The notes under the pieces were generated by a model. It had not been told where the DNA came from. It worked only from the letters and a program-made list of their open reading frames with translations, and made no database searches. From NCBI GenBank assembly GCA_049318245.1, contig JBMOGS010000003.1, positions 2,311 to 66,310 on the forward strand: DNA of 64,000 nucleotides, read 5' to 3'. The position numbers were made by a program, and so were the translations under genes. Position 1 is the first letter of the stretch. The number at the start of each line of letters is the position of its first letter. This document shows positions 26,492 to 35,834 of this stretch, in pieces. Source of the stretch: Phycisphaerales bacterium. Its GTDB lineage: Bacteria; Planctomycetota; Phycisphaerae; Phycisphaerales; SM1A02.

Positions 26492-27279
26492 GCATGCGAG
26501 TCAGCGTGATCATTCCGGCGGCCGGCTCGAGTCGTCGCTACGGCATGGACAAGCTGGGACAGGATCTTGGCGGTCGCGCGCTGCTGCTGCGCACCGTCGA
26601 GCTGTTCACGAAGCGCGACGAGGTGCGCTCGATCATCGTGGCAGGGCCGCCGGACGATCTCGACGCCTTCCGCGACCGCTTCGGGGCGCAGCTGGGATTC
26701 CACGGCGTGCAGATCGTGGCAGGGGGCCGGGTGGAACGCTGGGAGACGGTGAAGAACGCGCTCGCGGCCGTTCCCGCGGATGCCACGCACGTGGCCGTTC
26801 ATGACGCCGCGCGTCCCGGTGCAAGCGACGAGCTGATCGGACGGGTGTTCGAGGCCGCGAAGGTGCATCCTGCGGTGATTCCCGGTCTGGCGGTTGCCGA
26901 CACGCTCAAGCGGGTCGGCGAGGAGGCCGTGCGCGCGGAGGAGGAGGACGCGGTCGCGGACCTGATCCTTGGCGAATCGGCCGAGGCAGCCACGAGCAAG
27001 GGCCGAGTCGTGCAGTCCACGGTCGATCGCACGAACCTGGTCGCGGTGCAGACGCCGCAGGTCTTCGAGATCGGCCTGCTGCGGCGTGCCTACGCGCAGC
27101 CCGATCTGTCGGGCGCGACGGACGACGCCGCGCTGATCGAGCGGCTTGGCGAGAAGGTGGTCGTGGTCGACGGCGAGTTCCGAAACCTCAAGATCACCGT
27201 GCCCGCCGACCTCTCGCTCATGCGCACCATGCTCGGCATGAAGTCGCCCGAGGGGCGGCCGGTCCACAAGCGCTTCTGA
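26488..27279 (+). CDS. ispD: 2-C-methyl-D-erythritol 4-phosphate cytidylyltransferase
   Basis: VSVIIPAAGSSRRYGMDKL…VAVHDAARP…VQTPQVF are IspD motifs. The ATG overlaps the rsmD stop (ATGA). Confidence 0.9.
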   Translation: MSMRVSVIIPAAGSSRRYGMDKLGQDLGGRALLLRTVELFTKRDEVRSIIVAGPPDDLDAFRDRFGAQLGFHGVQIVAGGRVERWETVKNALAAVPADATHVAVHDAARPGASDELIGRVFEAAKVHPAVIPGLAVADTLKRVGEEAVRAEEEDAVADLILGESAEAATSKGRVVQSTVDRTNLVAVQTPQVFEIGLLRRAYAQPDLSGATDDAALIERLGEKVVVVDGEFRNLKITVPADLSLMRTMLGMKSPEGRPVHKRF

Positions 27280-27283
27280 TCGA

Positions 27284-28129
27284 TCACAGCCCGCTCTGCG
27301 TGAGCGTGGCTTCCTCGAGTCGGTACAGGCCGACCAGCCAGTTCTCGACCAGCATCGGGTCCACGCGCAGCCGGCCCAGCACCGTGCCGAAATTGAAGGC
27401 GTGTCGTCGGTTCGGCTTCACCGGCTCCACCAGCTTCGCCTCGATCGCGTCGTAGGGCGTTGGCGGCACGCCGATGCAGCAGCCATCCCACTGGTTCAGC
27501 ATGACCAGGATCTCGCTGCTCTCCTGCAGCATGAGCGGCAGCGCGAAGTACCCGTCGATGCGAACCCACGCGCCGTCGAGCAGGGCCACGCGCTGCGGCA
27601 TCAGGTCTTCCTTCAGGCGCGGGATGTAGGTCTTGTTCGCGCTGGCCAGGCAGTCCCAGCCGATCCGGTACGGCTTCTCGCGGGAGCCGTCGCCCTCGAT
27701 CTTGTACTTGCCGTCGGCCAGCAGCGAGCCATCGGGCTGCTTCATGATCGAGCCGGGCGTCACCGTGGCGTGCGGAATCTTCCTGTCGAGGCCCAGCGTG
27801 AGTCCCCCGGGAGGCACTTCCTTCAGCACGGGCTCGCGCGGCGAGGCCTTGGCGGGCTTGGCGGCGACGGTGGTGGGGGCGCTGATCGCTGGTGTGGCGG
27901 TGGTGGTCGCGGGCGTGGATGCGGTGGTGGTCGTCGTGGTGAGCGGCGATGGTTTCGTGGCGGCTGGTGTTGCTGGCGCAACGTTGGCCACGCCCGTGGT
28001 CGGCTGCTTCGCGGATGCGGAAATGGCGGCAGGCGTCGCTGGTGCGACAGGCACCGAGGATTCCGGCCAGAGCACGGCCACGCCACCCGCAACCACCACA
28101 AGCACAAGGACGGCCCAGATCCACTTCAT
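27284..28129 (-). CDS. DUF3299 domain protein with signal anchor and Thr/Ala/Pro-rich linker
   Basis: The N-terminus MKWIWAVLVLVVVAGGVAV is followed by a low-complexity linker. The C-terminal domain is LDGAWVRIDGYFALPLMLQESSEILVMLNQWDGCCIGVPPTPYDAIE, the DUF3299-type pattern. The gene is adjacent to an FtsX-type ABC system. Confidence 0.75.
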   Translation of the reverse strand: MKWIWAVLVLVVVAGGVAVLWPESSVPVAPATPAAISASAKQPTTGVANVAPATPAATKPSPLTTTTTTASTPATTTATPAISAPTTVAAKPAKASPREPVLKEVPPGGLTLGLDRKIPHATVTPGSIMKQPDGSLLADGKYKIEGDGSREKPYRIGWDCLASANKTYIPRLKEDLMPQRVALLDGAWVRIDGYFALPLMLQESSEILVMLNQWDGCCIGVPPTPYDAIEAKLVEPVKPNRRHAFNFGTVLGRLRVDPMLVENWLVGLYRLEEATLTQSGL

Positions 28130-28130
28130 G

Positions 28131-29393
28131 TCAGGCCGCCGGCCTCAGGTTGTCCGCCACCGGCGTGCGGTAGGCCAGGATCGCCGGCAGCACGCTGGCA
28201 AGTCCCGCCAGCAGCACCGCGCCCGCCAGCACGATCAGCGTGGCGCGCGGATCGACGTCGGGCTGCACCACCAGTCCGATGCGCGCCTTCAGCGCTGCGG
28301 CGGCAAGCGCACCGCCCACGATGCTCAGCACCACGCCGGTCACCGCGCCCGCAAGGCCGATCAGGCACGCCTCGGTCACGATCATGCCCTGCACGCGACC
28401 TCGGGAAAGGCCGATCGCGCGCAGCACGGCGATCTGGCGCCGCCGCTCCGCCATGCTGTTGTAGAGCGCCAGCAGGATGCTGATGCCGCTCGAGACCAGC
28501 ACGGCCACGCCGAGCGCGATGAAGATGCCGTCGATGTTGCCGACGATGCCGCGAAGGCGGTCGATCTGCTGGGCAGGCTGCGCCACGGTGATCGCCGTGT
28601 CGCGACGCAGCGCGTCGAACTGCTGCTGGATCGCGGCGCTTGCGTCGCTGCCTGGCCGCGTGGGCAGGCGCAGAAGGATGCCGGTGATCTTCCGATCGGC
28701 GTCGGTCAGGTCCGAAGCCTTCGTGACGCCCTCGATCCCCTCGCGCTCGCGCCGGTCGTGCGCATGCAGGATCCAGCTGCTGTCGAGATCGGTGAACACC
28801 GCGCGATCGTGCGCGCTGCCCGTCGGCTCCAGGATGCCCACCACCGTGTACGGGTACTCCGCGTGCTCGTGCCCGTGGTCGCTTCCGGCGCCGTGCGTCA
28901 GGCGCACCTGCTGTCCCAGACGCAGGCCCGTGCCGGCGGCCGCCGCGCTGCCCATGCAGATCTCGAAGCTCTTGTCGGGAAACCGGCCCTCGGCGAGCTT
29001 CCATGGCTCGCCGCGCACGGGCTGGAACTTGCTGAAGAACTCCGGCGCGGTGGCGCACACGGGGAAGCCCCTGAAGGAATCGCCCTGCTGCGTGGGGATC
29101 GCCCACTCGTAGGGAAAGCTTGCGCGGATCTCGTTGTACTTCTCCCACGAGATCGGATTCGCCGGCGGGTTCGCGTAGAAGACCCCGTTGAGGACGGCCA
29201 CCAGCGGACTCGCGTCCGCGCTCACGAGCAGGTGGGTGGTGCCGGACCCGCGCTGGAAGGCCTCGAAGCCGGATTTGCGCAGGCTCAGCATGGTGAGCAG
29301 CAGCGCCACGGCGACGGCCACGCTGCCGGCGGTGATGGCGGTGCTGAGGCGTCGCGCCCGAAGGCTCGCCAGGACGACGGCAAGATCGTTCAT
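28131..29393 (-). CDS. ABC transporter permease, FtsX/MacB-like
   Basis: It has an N-terminal TM, a large periplasmic domain, and C-terminal FtsX helices (…ILLALYNSMAERRRQIAVLRAIGLSRGRV…). The periplasmic loop contains HGAGSDHGHEHAEYP. The ATG overlaps the ATPase stop. Confidence 0.85.
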   Translation of the reverse strand: MNDLAVVLASLRARRLSTAITAGSVAVAVALLLTMLSLRKSGFEAFQRGSGTTHLLVSADASPLVAVLNGVFYANPPANPISWEKYNEIRASFPYEWAIPTQQGDSFRGFPVCATAPEFFSKFQPVRGEPWKLAEGRFPDKSFEICMGSAAAAGTGLRLGQQVRLTHGAGSDHGHEHAEYPYTVVGILEPTGSAHDRAVFTDLDSSWILHAHDRREREGIEGVTKASDLTDADRKITGILLRLPTRPGSDASAAIQQQFDALRRDTAITVAQPAQQIDRLRGIVGNIDGIFIALGVAVLVSSGISILLALYNSMAERRRQIAVLRAIGLSRGRVQGMIVTEACLIGLAGAVTGVVLSIVGGALAAAALKARIGLVVQPDVDPRATLIVLAGAVLLAGLASVLPAILAYRTPVADNLRPAA

Positions 29394-30058
29394 CGCGCCA
29401 CCTCCTCGCGCACGAAGGCGCGCACGTCCACGACACGCTGGAAGCGCCCCTGCATGGCCGCGTCGTGACTGGCGCAGAGCAGGGCGGCGCCCGCCTCGCG
29501 ACAGGCACGCTGGATCAGGTCCATGGCGACGGCGCCATTCTCGGCGTCCAGGCTGGCGGTCGGTTCATCCGCCAGCACCAGCGCAGGTCGGCAGGCGATG
29601 GCGCGCGCCACCGCCACGCGCTGCTGCTGGCCCACGCTCAGCTCGGTCACGTGCGCGCCCGTGCGCTCCACGCCAAGCGCCTTCAGCAGGTCCCGGGCCC
29701 GGGTGAGGTGCGTGCGCTCCGGCTCCCCGGCGGCCATCAGCGCCAGCGCCACGTTCTGTTCGGCGGTGAAGTCGGGCAGCAGCTGATGCGTCTGGAAGAC
29801 GAGCCCGATGTGGCGCGCGCGCACCCGGTCGCGATCGGATTCGCGCATCGCGTCGATGCGCTGCCCCGCAACCTCGATGGTGCCGCCGTCGGCGCGCAGC
29901 AGGCCGGCGACCAGCCACAGCAGGGTGCTCTTGCCGGCGCCGGAGCCTCCGGCCAGCAGCACCATCTCGCCAGCGGCGATCTCGAGGTTCGGCACGTGAA
30001 GTCCGAAGCCGTGCGGACGTCGGAACTGCAGGTCCTGAATGCGAAGCGCATGGGCCAT
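29390..30058 (-). CDS. ABC transporter ATP-binding protein
   Basis: GGSGAGKSTLL (Walker A), LSVGQQQRVAVARA (signature) and LVLADEPTASLD (Walker B). The start is at MAHALRIQ. Confidence 0.9.
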   Translation of the reverse strand: MAHALRIQDLQFRRPHGFGLHVPNLEIAAGEMVLLAGGSGAGKSTLLWLVAGLLRADGGTIEVAGQRIDAMRESDRDRVRARHIGLVFQTHQLLPDFTAEQNVALALMAAGEPERTHLTRARDLLKALGVERTGAHVTELSVGQQQRVAVARAIACRPALVLADEPTASLDAENGAVAMDLIQRACREAGAALLCASHDAAMQGRFQRVVDVRAFVREEVAR

Positions 30059-30093
30059 GGGAAGCGAGATCGTAGCCGCGTCGCGGTCCGCCT

Positions 30094-32229
30094 TCAGCCG
30101 ACGTCCGCCAGACCGAGTGCCTGGCCATGCAGCGCCATCAACTTGCGGCGCAGCAGCGCCGACTCGGCGGCCCGAAGGTCCGGGTCGCGGTCGATCCATC
30201 CCTGCGCATCGGCACGCGCCAGGCGAAGAAGATCCGCATCGGTCGAGAGATCCGCCACGCGGAAGGGCGCGAGTCCCGACTGTCTCGCGCCGAAAACCTC
30301 GCCCGGTCCGCGAAGGCGCAGGTCGCTCTCGGCGATCTCGAATCCATCGTCGCTGGCGGCGATGGCCGCGAGTCGCTCGGTGGCGTCCTGCGTGGTTGCC
30401 GCGCCGATGAACACGCACAGGCTCGCCCCTTCGCCGCGTCCGATGCGCCCACGCAGCTGGTGCAGCTGCGCAAGGCCGAATCGCTCCGCATGCTCCACGA
30501 CCATCAGCGTCGCGTTCGGCACGTCCACGCCCACCTCGATCACGGTCGTCGCGACTAGCACCTTCGCGGCACCGGCGCGGAAGCGCTCCATCTGCGTCTC
30601 GCGCTCCTCCCGGTCCATGCGCCCGTGCACGCTGGCGATGGCGAGTCCCTGGAACGGACCCTCGGACAGGAAGCGCACGTGCGATGCCACGTCCTTCAGG
30701 CCGGCTTCGGATTCCTCGACGGCCGGGACCACCACGTAGGCCTGCTCGCCACGGTCGAGCCGGCCGCGGAGATAGGCGTAGACCTCCGGAGCCTTGGCGG
30801 GATCCACGACGCGGGTGACGGCGGGCTTGCGGCCGGGTGGCTTGCCGCGAAGCGTGCTGAGATCCAGGTCGCCGTAGAGGGTGATGGCGAGCGTGCGCGG
30901 GATCGGCGTGGCCGTCATCACGAGGGTGTGCGGAATCAGTGGCATCTCGCCCTGGCCCTTCTGGCGGATGGCCGCGCGCTGGCGCACGCCGAACCGGTGC
31001 TGTTCATCCACCACGGCCATCGCGAGGCTTCGGAACGCCACGCCTCCCTCCAGCAGCGCGTGCGTGCCCACCACGAGATGGGTGGAGCCGCGCGCGAGTC
31101 CCGCCACGCAGGCCGCGCGATCGGACTCGTGGGTCGAGCCGGTCAGCAGTCGCAGGGAGACCTCGCTTCCCTCCAGCATGCGCGCCAGCACGCGATGATG
31201 CTGCTCCGCCAGGATCTCGGTGGGCGCCACCAGCGCAGCCTGATGTCCGTGCGCCACCGCAAGCAGCATGGCATAGGCGGCGACAGCGGTCTTGCCGCTG
31301 CCGACATCGCCCTGGAGCAGGCGGTTCATCGCGTGCGGCTGGGCAAGATCGGCCGCGATCTCGGCGACCACGCGGTCCTGCTCGCTCGTGAGTCGGAACG
31401 GAATCCGTGCGCGGATGTGGGCGTCGATCGCGGCGTCGACCGGCAGCGGCACGGCGCGCGTGCGGCTGCGGAGCTGCGCACGTCGCATCATCACGCCGAG
31501 TTGCAGCAGCAGCAGCTCGTCGAAGGCGAGTCGGCGCCGCGCCCGCACCAGTGCCTCGGCATCGACCGGCCGATGCATGGCGCGCCACGCCGCGGCCAGC
31601 GGCATCAGATCGCGCTCGCGAAGGTAGGACTCGGGAAGCGGGTCCTCCATGCCGGCGCACACGCCCTCGAGCACGCGCGCCACCACCGCCTCGATCTCGG
31701 CGGATCCGATCTCCTCGCTCGCGGGATAGATCGGCCGGAGATCGTCGGCATCCAGGGCGGCCTCGCCGGCGCGCGACTCCGGTGTCCACCGCGCGTTGCC
31801 GATCTCGAGATAGCCCTGGCGCATGCGCGCGCGGCCCTCGGCCACGCCGCGCTCGCCCGGATGGATCTTGCCGCGCATCCAAGGCGCGTTGAACCACACC
31901 AGTCGCGCGGTGGCCGTGCCGTCGTCGAGCGTCGCCTCGATCAGGGCGCGTGGACCGGGTCGCGTTCGCACGCGCGCGACCTCGCCGCGAAGTCGGACGT
32001 GCACCGGCTCCTCGGTGGTGGCGGCGATCGTCTCGGCGATGGTTCGCTCCGCCAGCCGCCTTTCATGTCGCAGCGGCAGGTGCCGAACCAGATCGCCGGC
32101 GGTGCGGATGCCGAGGTGCCCGAGCCGCTCGGCCGTGCGAGGACCGACGCCAGTCACGGCGGTCAGCGGGGTGCGCGCGTCCACGGTTCCGGCCTGCACG
32201 CGGGCGATCGTACGATGCGCGCGTGGCAC
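30094..32229 (-). CDS. recG: ATP-dependent DNA helicase RecG
   Basis: LPFRLTSEQDRVVAEI…LLQGDVGSGKTAVA…VVDEQHRFGV…LHGRM…TTVIEVGVDVPNATLMVVEHAERFGLAQLHQLRGRIGRG are RecG helicase motifs. Confidence 0.94.
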   Translation of the reverse strand: MPRAHRTIARVQAGTVDARTPLTAVTGVGPRTAERLGHLGIRTAGDLVRHLPLRHERRLAERTIAETIAATTEEPVHVRLRGEVARVRTRPGPRALIEATLDDGTATARLVWFNAPWMRGKIHPGERGVAEGRARMRQGYLEIGNARWTPESRAGEAALDADDLRPIYPASEEIGSAEIEAVVARVLEGVCAGMEDPLPESYLRERDLMPLAAAWRAMHRPVDAEALVRARRRLAFDELLLLQLGVMMRRAQLRSRTRAVPLPVDAAIDAHIRARIPFRLTSEQDRVVAEIAADLAQPHAMNRLLQGDVGSGKTAVAAYAMLLAVAHGHQAALVAPTEILAEQHHRVLARMLEGSEVSLRLLTGSTHESDRAACVAGLARGSTHLVVGTHALLEGGVAFRSLAMAVVDEQHRFGVRQRAAIRQKGQGEMPLIPHTLVMTATPIPRTLAITLYGDLDLSTLRGKPPGRKPAVTRVVDPAKAPEVYAYLRGRLDRGEQAYVVVPAVEESEAGLKDVASHVRFLSEGPFQGLAIASVHGRMDREERETQMERFRAGAAKVLVATTVIEVGVDVPNATLMVVEHAERFGLAQLHQLRGRIGRGEGASLCVFIGAATTQDATERLAAIAASDDGFEIAESDLRLRGPGEVFGARQSGLAPFRVADLSTDADLLRLARADAQGWIDRDPDLRAAESALLRRKLMALHGQALGLADVG

Positions 32230-32249
32230 GCAAACCCTTCGATCCAGCG

Positions 32250-33647
32250 ATGGCCGCGGGTGGACTCTTCGATGCGCCCGCGTCGGCCACGGCGCCGAAG
32301 TCGGAGGCCGCGCCGGAGCCCGCTGCGCTCACGGTGTCGCAGGCCGCGGCCGCGGTGCGCGATTCGGTCTTCGCGATCGGACGCGTGCGCGTGGAGGGCG
32401 AGATCGGGTCGGTCACCACCAAGAAGGCGTGCTTCTTCACGTTGAAGGATCCAGCCGCCGACGCCGTGATCGACTGCATCATGTGGCTCGGTGCGCTGGG
32501 CCGCAGCGAGGCGCAACCCCTGGTCGGCAAGCGGATGGTGGTCGAGGGGCGCTTCGACTTCTGGGCGAGTGGAGGCCGGCTGCGACTCGTCGTGGATCGT
32601 GTCTCGCTGGTTGGGGAAGGTGACCTGGAGGCGCGGTTCCGCGCGCTGTGCACCGAACTCCGCGGCCTTGGCTACTTCGATGACGCCCGCAAGCGGCCGC
32701 TTCCGCTCGTGCCGCGCGGGGTCGCCATCATCACCGCCTCGGGCAGCGCGGCGCTGGCGGATTGCCTGAAGATCTCGGGGAATCGCCTGCCATGCGTGCC
32801 GATTCGCGTGGTGCACGTGGCGGTGCAGGGCGCCGGGGCGGCCGAGGAGGTCGCGCGCGCGATCCACGCGGTGAACGACAACGCCGAGCGTCTGGGGGTG
32901 GATGTGCTCGTGGTCACGCGCGGCGGCGGAAGCCGCGAGGATCTGCAGGCCTTCAACGAGCGCGTGGTGGCGGATGCCGCGTTCCGAAGCCGCCTGCCTC
33001 TGGTCGCGGCGATTGGCCACGAGTCGGACGTGAGCGTGATCGAACTGGTCGCCGACCTGCGTGCAAGCACGCCGACGCAGGCGATGGTCGCCGTGATTCC
33101 CGAGCGGCAGGAACTCCTCACGCAGCTGGATGCCGTCTGGTCCCGATTGCGGGCGCTGGTGCGGCAGGGCATCCAGGTGCGTTCGCAGCATGTTCGCGGG
33201 CTCGCCCTGCGCGCGTGCCTGCGCGACCCGCGCGCCATGCTGGGGCGACCCTCGGAGCGATTGTCGCGAGCGCTGCTCCGCATGGGGCACGCGTCCAGTC
33301 GCCTCGTGGCCACGTCGCTCGAGCGGGTGCGCACGCTGGAATCCCGCCTGCAGGCGCGGGCGCCAAGACAGGCGGTCGCCGTGGGGCGCAACCGTGCGTC
33401 CGACCTTTCGCATCGCCTGGATCTTTCCCTGCGGGGGTCCATCCGGGCTCGCGCGGATGCGCAGCGTGCGCTGGCGGCGCGCCTGGAGGCGGTGGCGCCC
33501 GAGCGCACGCTCGCGCGCGGCTACTCCATCACGCTGGATGAGGATGGACGCCCCGTGCGCGATGCCTCCACGCTGTCCGACGGTGCGCGGATCACCACGC
33601 GGCTTGAACGCGGCATGGTTCGCTCGCGCGTGGAGCGGGGCGGGTAG
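32250..33647 (+). CDS. xseA: exodeoxyribonuclease VII large subunit
   Basis: It has the OB-fold N-terminus (RVRVEGEIGSV…CFFTLKD), VVTRGGGSREDL and IGHESDVSV motifs. The start is uncertain: ATG at 32250, or GTG at 32223. Confidence 0.9.
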   Translation: MAAGGLFDAPASATAPKSEAAPEPAALTVSQAAAAVRDSVFAIGRVRVEGEIGSVTTKKACFFTLKDPAADAVIDCIMWLGALGRSEAQPLVGKRMVVEGRFDFWASGGRLRLVVDRVSLVGEGDLEARFRALCTELRGLGYFDDARKRPLPLVPRGVAIITASGSAALADCLKISGNRLPCVPIRVVHVAVQGAGAAEEVARAIHAVNDNAERLGVDVLVVTRGGGSREDLQAFNERVVADAAFRSRLPLVAAIGHESDVSVIELVADLRASTPTQAMVAVIPERQELLTQLDAVWSRLRALVRQGIQVRSQHVRGLALRACLRDPRAMLGRPSERLSRALLRMGHASSRLVATSLERVRTLESRLQARAPRQAVAVGRNRASDLSHRLDLSLRGSIRARADAQRALAARLEAVAPERTLARGYSITLDEDGRPVRDASTLSDGARITTRLERGMVRSRVERGG

Positions 33648-33657
33648 ATTCCGGTCC

Positions 33658-33909
33658 ATGGCACGCAAGTCCGCCGAGCACGAGGCCGCGAACACCGCTG
33701 ACGAGGCGCCGAACTTCGAGGCCGCCATGCAGGAACTCGAGACGCTGGTGGACCGCATGGAGCAGGGGCAGGTCTCGCTGGAGGACAGCCTGAAGGCCTT
33801 CGAGCGAGGCAGGGCGCTGGTGACCCGCTGCAAGTCGATTCTCGAGGACGCCGAGCGCCGCATCGAGCAGATGGGCCTGGACGCGCTGCCGGGTGGGGAT
33901 CGGAACTGA
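33658..33909 (+). CDS. xseB: exodeoxyribonuclease VII small subunit
   Basis: FEAAMQELETLVDRMEQGQVSLEDSLKAFERGRALVTRCKSILEDAERRIE is the canonical XseB sequence. Confidence 0.9.
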   Translation: MARKSAEHEAANTADEAPNFEAAMQELETLVDRMEQGQVSLEDSLKAFERGRALVTRCKSILEDAERRIEQMGLDALPGGDRN

Positions 33910-33917
33910 CGCACGCG

Positions 33918-35093
33918 ATGCTTGCCGCGCTCCCCGACAGGCTCGTCATCCTGGTGCCCACCATCCTGCAGGCGGCGTTCTTCTTCGCGCTGGGTGCGAG
34001 CGTTGGAAGTTTCGTGAACGTGGTCGCGGGCCGCTGGCCCTTGGGGCAGGATTTCGTGGCGCCGGCGAGCCGGTGCACCACCTGCGGACGGTCGCTCGCA
34101 TGGTGGGAGAACATCCCGATCCTCTCGTGGATCGCGCTTCGGGGCCGATGCCGCACGTGCGGCGTGTGGATCGGATCGGAACACGTCTGGGTGGAGTTCG
34201 GCGTCGGGCTTCTCTTCGCGGGCACGGTCGTGCTGCTGTACGGAGGGCTGCTGTCGGGCGAAGCCGAGTTGGCCTGGTGGGGGCGTCACGGCGCATGGGG
34301 TTCATCGCCCATGCTGCTGGCGGTGCTGGTGCTGTGGGGGTGTCTCGCCGCGGCCTCGCTCATCGACGCCGCCACCGGTTACATCCCGATCGGCATCACG
34401 GGTCTCGCCTTGACGGTCGCGCTGGTCGCCGCGGTGGTGCAGGGCGTGCTGACCGATCCATCCGCGCATGCCGGTTGGCCAAGCGGAACGCTTCCGGTGG
34501 CGTGGCAGATCATGGGTCTGGGAGGGCTTCTCGGCGCGGCCGTCGCCTGCGCGCTGCTCTGGTCGGGCATGCTTCCGCGCAGCTTCGCGTCCATCGAGCC
34601 GGATCGCGAACTCCTGCCTGCGGAGGCGCGACGTGAAGTGCTGCGCGAGACCCCGTTCATCCTCATCCCGGTCGTCGGTGCGTGTCTGGCACTCGTGCTG
34701 GTGCGCCCGGAGGCGCTGCCCGGACCGCTGGCGGCGTTGGGAACGGCGAGTGTCGGCATGCTGGTCGGCGGCGGCTCGATCTGGCTCACGCGGATTCTCG
34801 GAACGCTCGGTTTCGGTCGCGAGGCGATGGGGCTTGGCGACGTCCACCTCATGGCCGCCGCAGGTGCCGTGATCGGCTGGCGCGATGCGCTTCTGGCCTA
34901 CCTGATCGCCCCGTTCGTGGCGCTTGGCTGGATCGCCGTCAGCGGCGCCCTCGCGCGCATGCGTGGTGGTGCCACGCGGGAACTGCCGTACGGACCACAC
35001 CTTGCGCTTGCGGTGGCGATCGCGTTCCTGGGGCGACCGTGGGTGGTCCCCATGGCGCGGGCCCTGTTCATGCCGTCGCCTGCGGGCGCTTGA
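33918..35093 (+). CDS. pilD: prepilin peptidase (A24 family)
   Basis: FVNVVAGRWP…RCTTCGRSLAWWENIPILSWIALRGRCRTCG is the zinc-ribbon-like N-terminal domain, and GLGDVHLMAAAG is the catalytic Asp motif. At 391 aa it is longer than typical. Confidence 0.85.
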   Translation: MLAALPDRLVILVPTILQAAFFFALGASVGSFVNVVAGRWPLGQDFVAPASRCTTCGRSLAWWENIPILSWIALRGRCRTCGVWIGSEHVWVEFGVGLLFAGTVVLLYGGLLSGEAELAWWGRHGAWGSSPMLLAVLVLWGCLAAASLIDAATGYIPIGITGLALTVALVAAVVQGVLTDPSAHAGWPSGTLPVAWQIMGLGGLLGAAVACALLWSGMLPRSFASIEPDRELLPAEARREVLRETPFILIPVVGACLALVLVRPEALPGPLAALGTASVGMLVGGGSIWLTRILGTLGFGREAMGLGDVHLMAAAGAVIGWRDALLAYLIAPFVALGWIAVSGALARMRGGATRELPYGPHLALAVAIAFLGRPWVVPMARALFMPSPAGA

Positions 35094-35183
35094 CAATCGA
35101 CTCGCTTTGTCGTGCAGTACCGGAGGTCGCGGACGCCGCGGCCGGATCTTCACGCCCCACACGCCGAAAGAGAAGAAAGAATC

Positions 35184-35792
35184 ATGTCCCATCGCCTGCT
35201 CGCCATCGCCACCATCGGTCTCGCCATCGCGCTCACCGGCTGCAAGAGCCAGCCTGACGCGGCATCGCTCCAGTCGGAGAACGAGTCGCTGCGCGCGGAA
35301 CTGGACCAGAAGAAGGCGGCGCTCGAGGCGTCGGAACGTGAGCGCGCGGCCGCCGAGGCTCGCGCCGGCGACGCGGGCAAGACCGCGGCGAAGGGCGACA
35401 CGGGCTTCGAGGACGCTGGCGAGGGCGCGACGGTGAAGCGCGACAGCGAGGGCGTGCGCGTGACTCTCGAGGGCGACGTGCTCTTCGACAGCGGCAAGGC
35501 CTCGCTGAAGGACAGCGCGAAGAAGACCCTCGCGAAGGTGGCGTCGGTGCTGAAGGAGAAGTACGCGGGCAAGGCGATCCGCGTGGCCGGCTTCACCGAC
35601 ACCGATCCGATCAAGAAGTCGAACTACAAGAGCAACTATCACCTCGGCTTCGACCGCGCGTTCGAGGTCCGCGAGTACCTCATCGCCAAGGGCGTGGACG
35701 CCAAGACCATCAGCCTCTCGAGCTACGGTCCGGATCGTCCCGAGAAGACCAAGGCCCAGAGCCGCCGGGTCGAGCTGCTCGTCGTCGAGTGA
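35184..35792 (+). CDS. OmpA-family lipoprotein with short coiled-coil linker
   Basis: LAIALTGCKS is a lipobox. VLFDSGKASLKDSAKKTLAKVASVL…RVAGFTDTDP…NYHLGFDRAFEVREYL…RRVELLV is an OmpA_C-like domain. Confidence 0.85.
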   Translation: MSHRLLAIATIGLAIALTGCKSQPDAASLQSENESLRAELDQKKAALEASERERAAAEARAGDAGKTAAKGDTGFEDAGEGATVKRDSEGVRVTLEGDVLFDSGKASLKDSAKKTLAKVASVLKEKYAGKAIRVAGFTDTDPIKKSNYKSNYHLGFDRAFEVREYLIAKGVDAKTISLSSYGPDRPEKTKAQSRRVELLVVE

Positions 35793-35796
35793 TCCA

Positions 35797-35811
35797 CGGC
35801 CCTGCGGGCCG
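35797..35811. terminator. short GC hairpin between convergent genes
   Basis: cggccc-tgc-gggccg lies directly after the ompA-like stop. There is no clear T-run, so its function is uncertain. Confidence 0.3.
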
Positions 35812-35834
35812 ACATCCTGGAATCCGAGGAAGGC

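Noticed and set aside
27850-28060. Repetitive ggtggt/gcggtg-rich DNA that could be mistaken for a tandem repeat array. The repetitive gcc/ccg stretch at 45150-45700 is similar.
   Set aside because: Both lie in frame inside CDSs and encode Thr/Ala/Pro (DUF3299 protein) or Pro/Ala/Ser/Thr (LysM protein) low-complexity linkers. They show no regular repeat-spacer periodicity, so they are not CRISPR or VNTR-like arrays.
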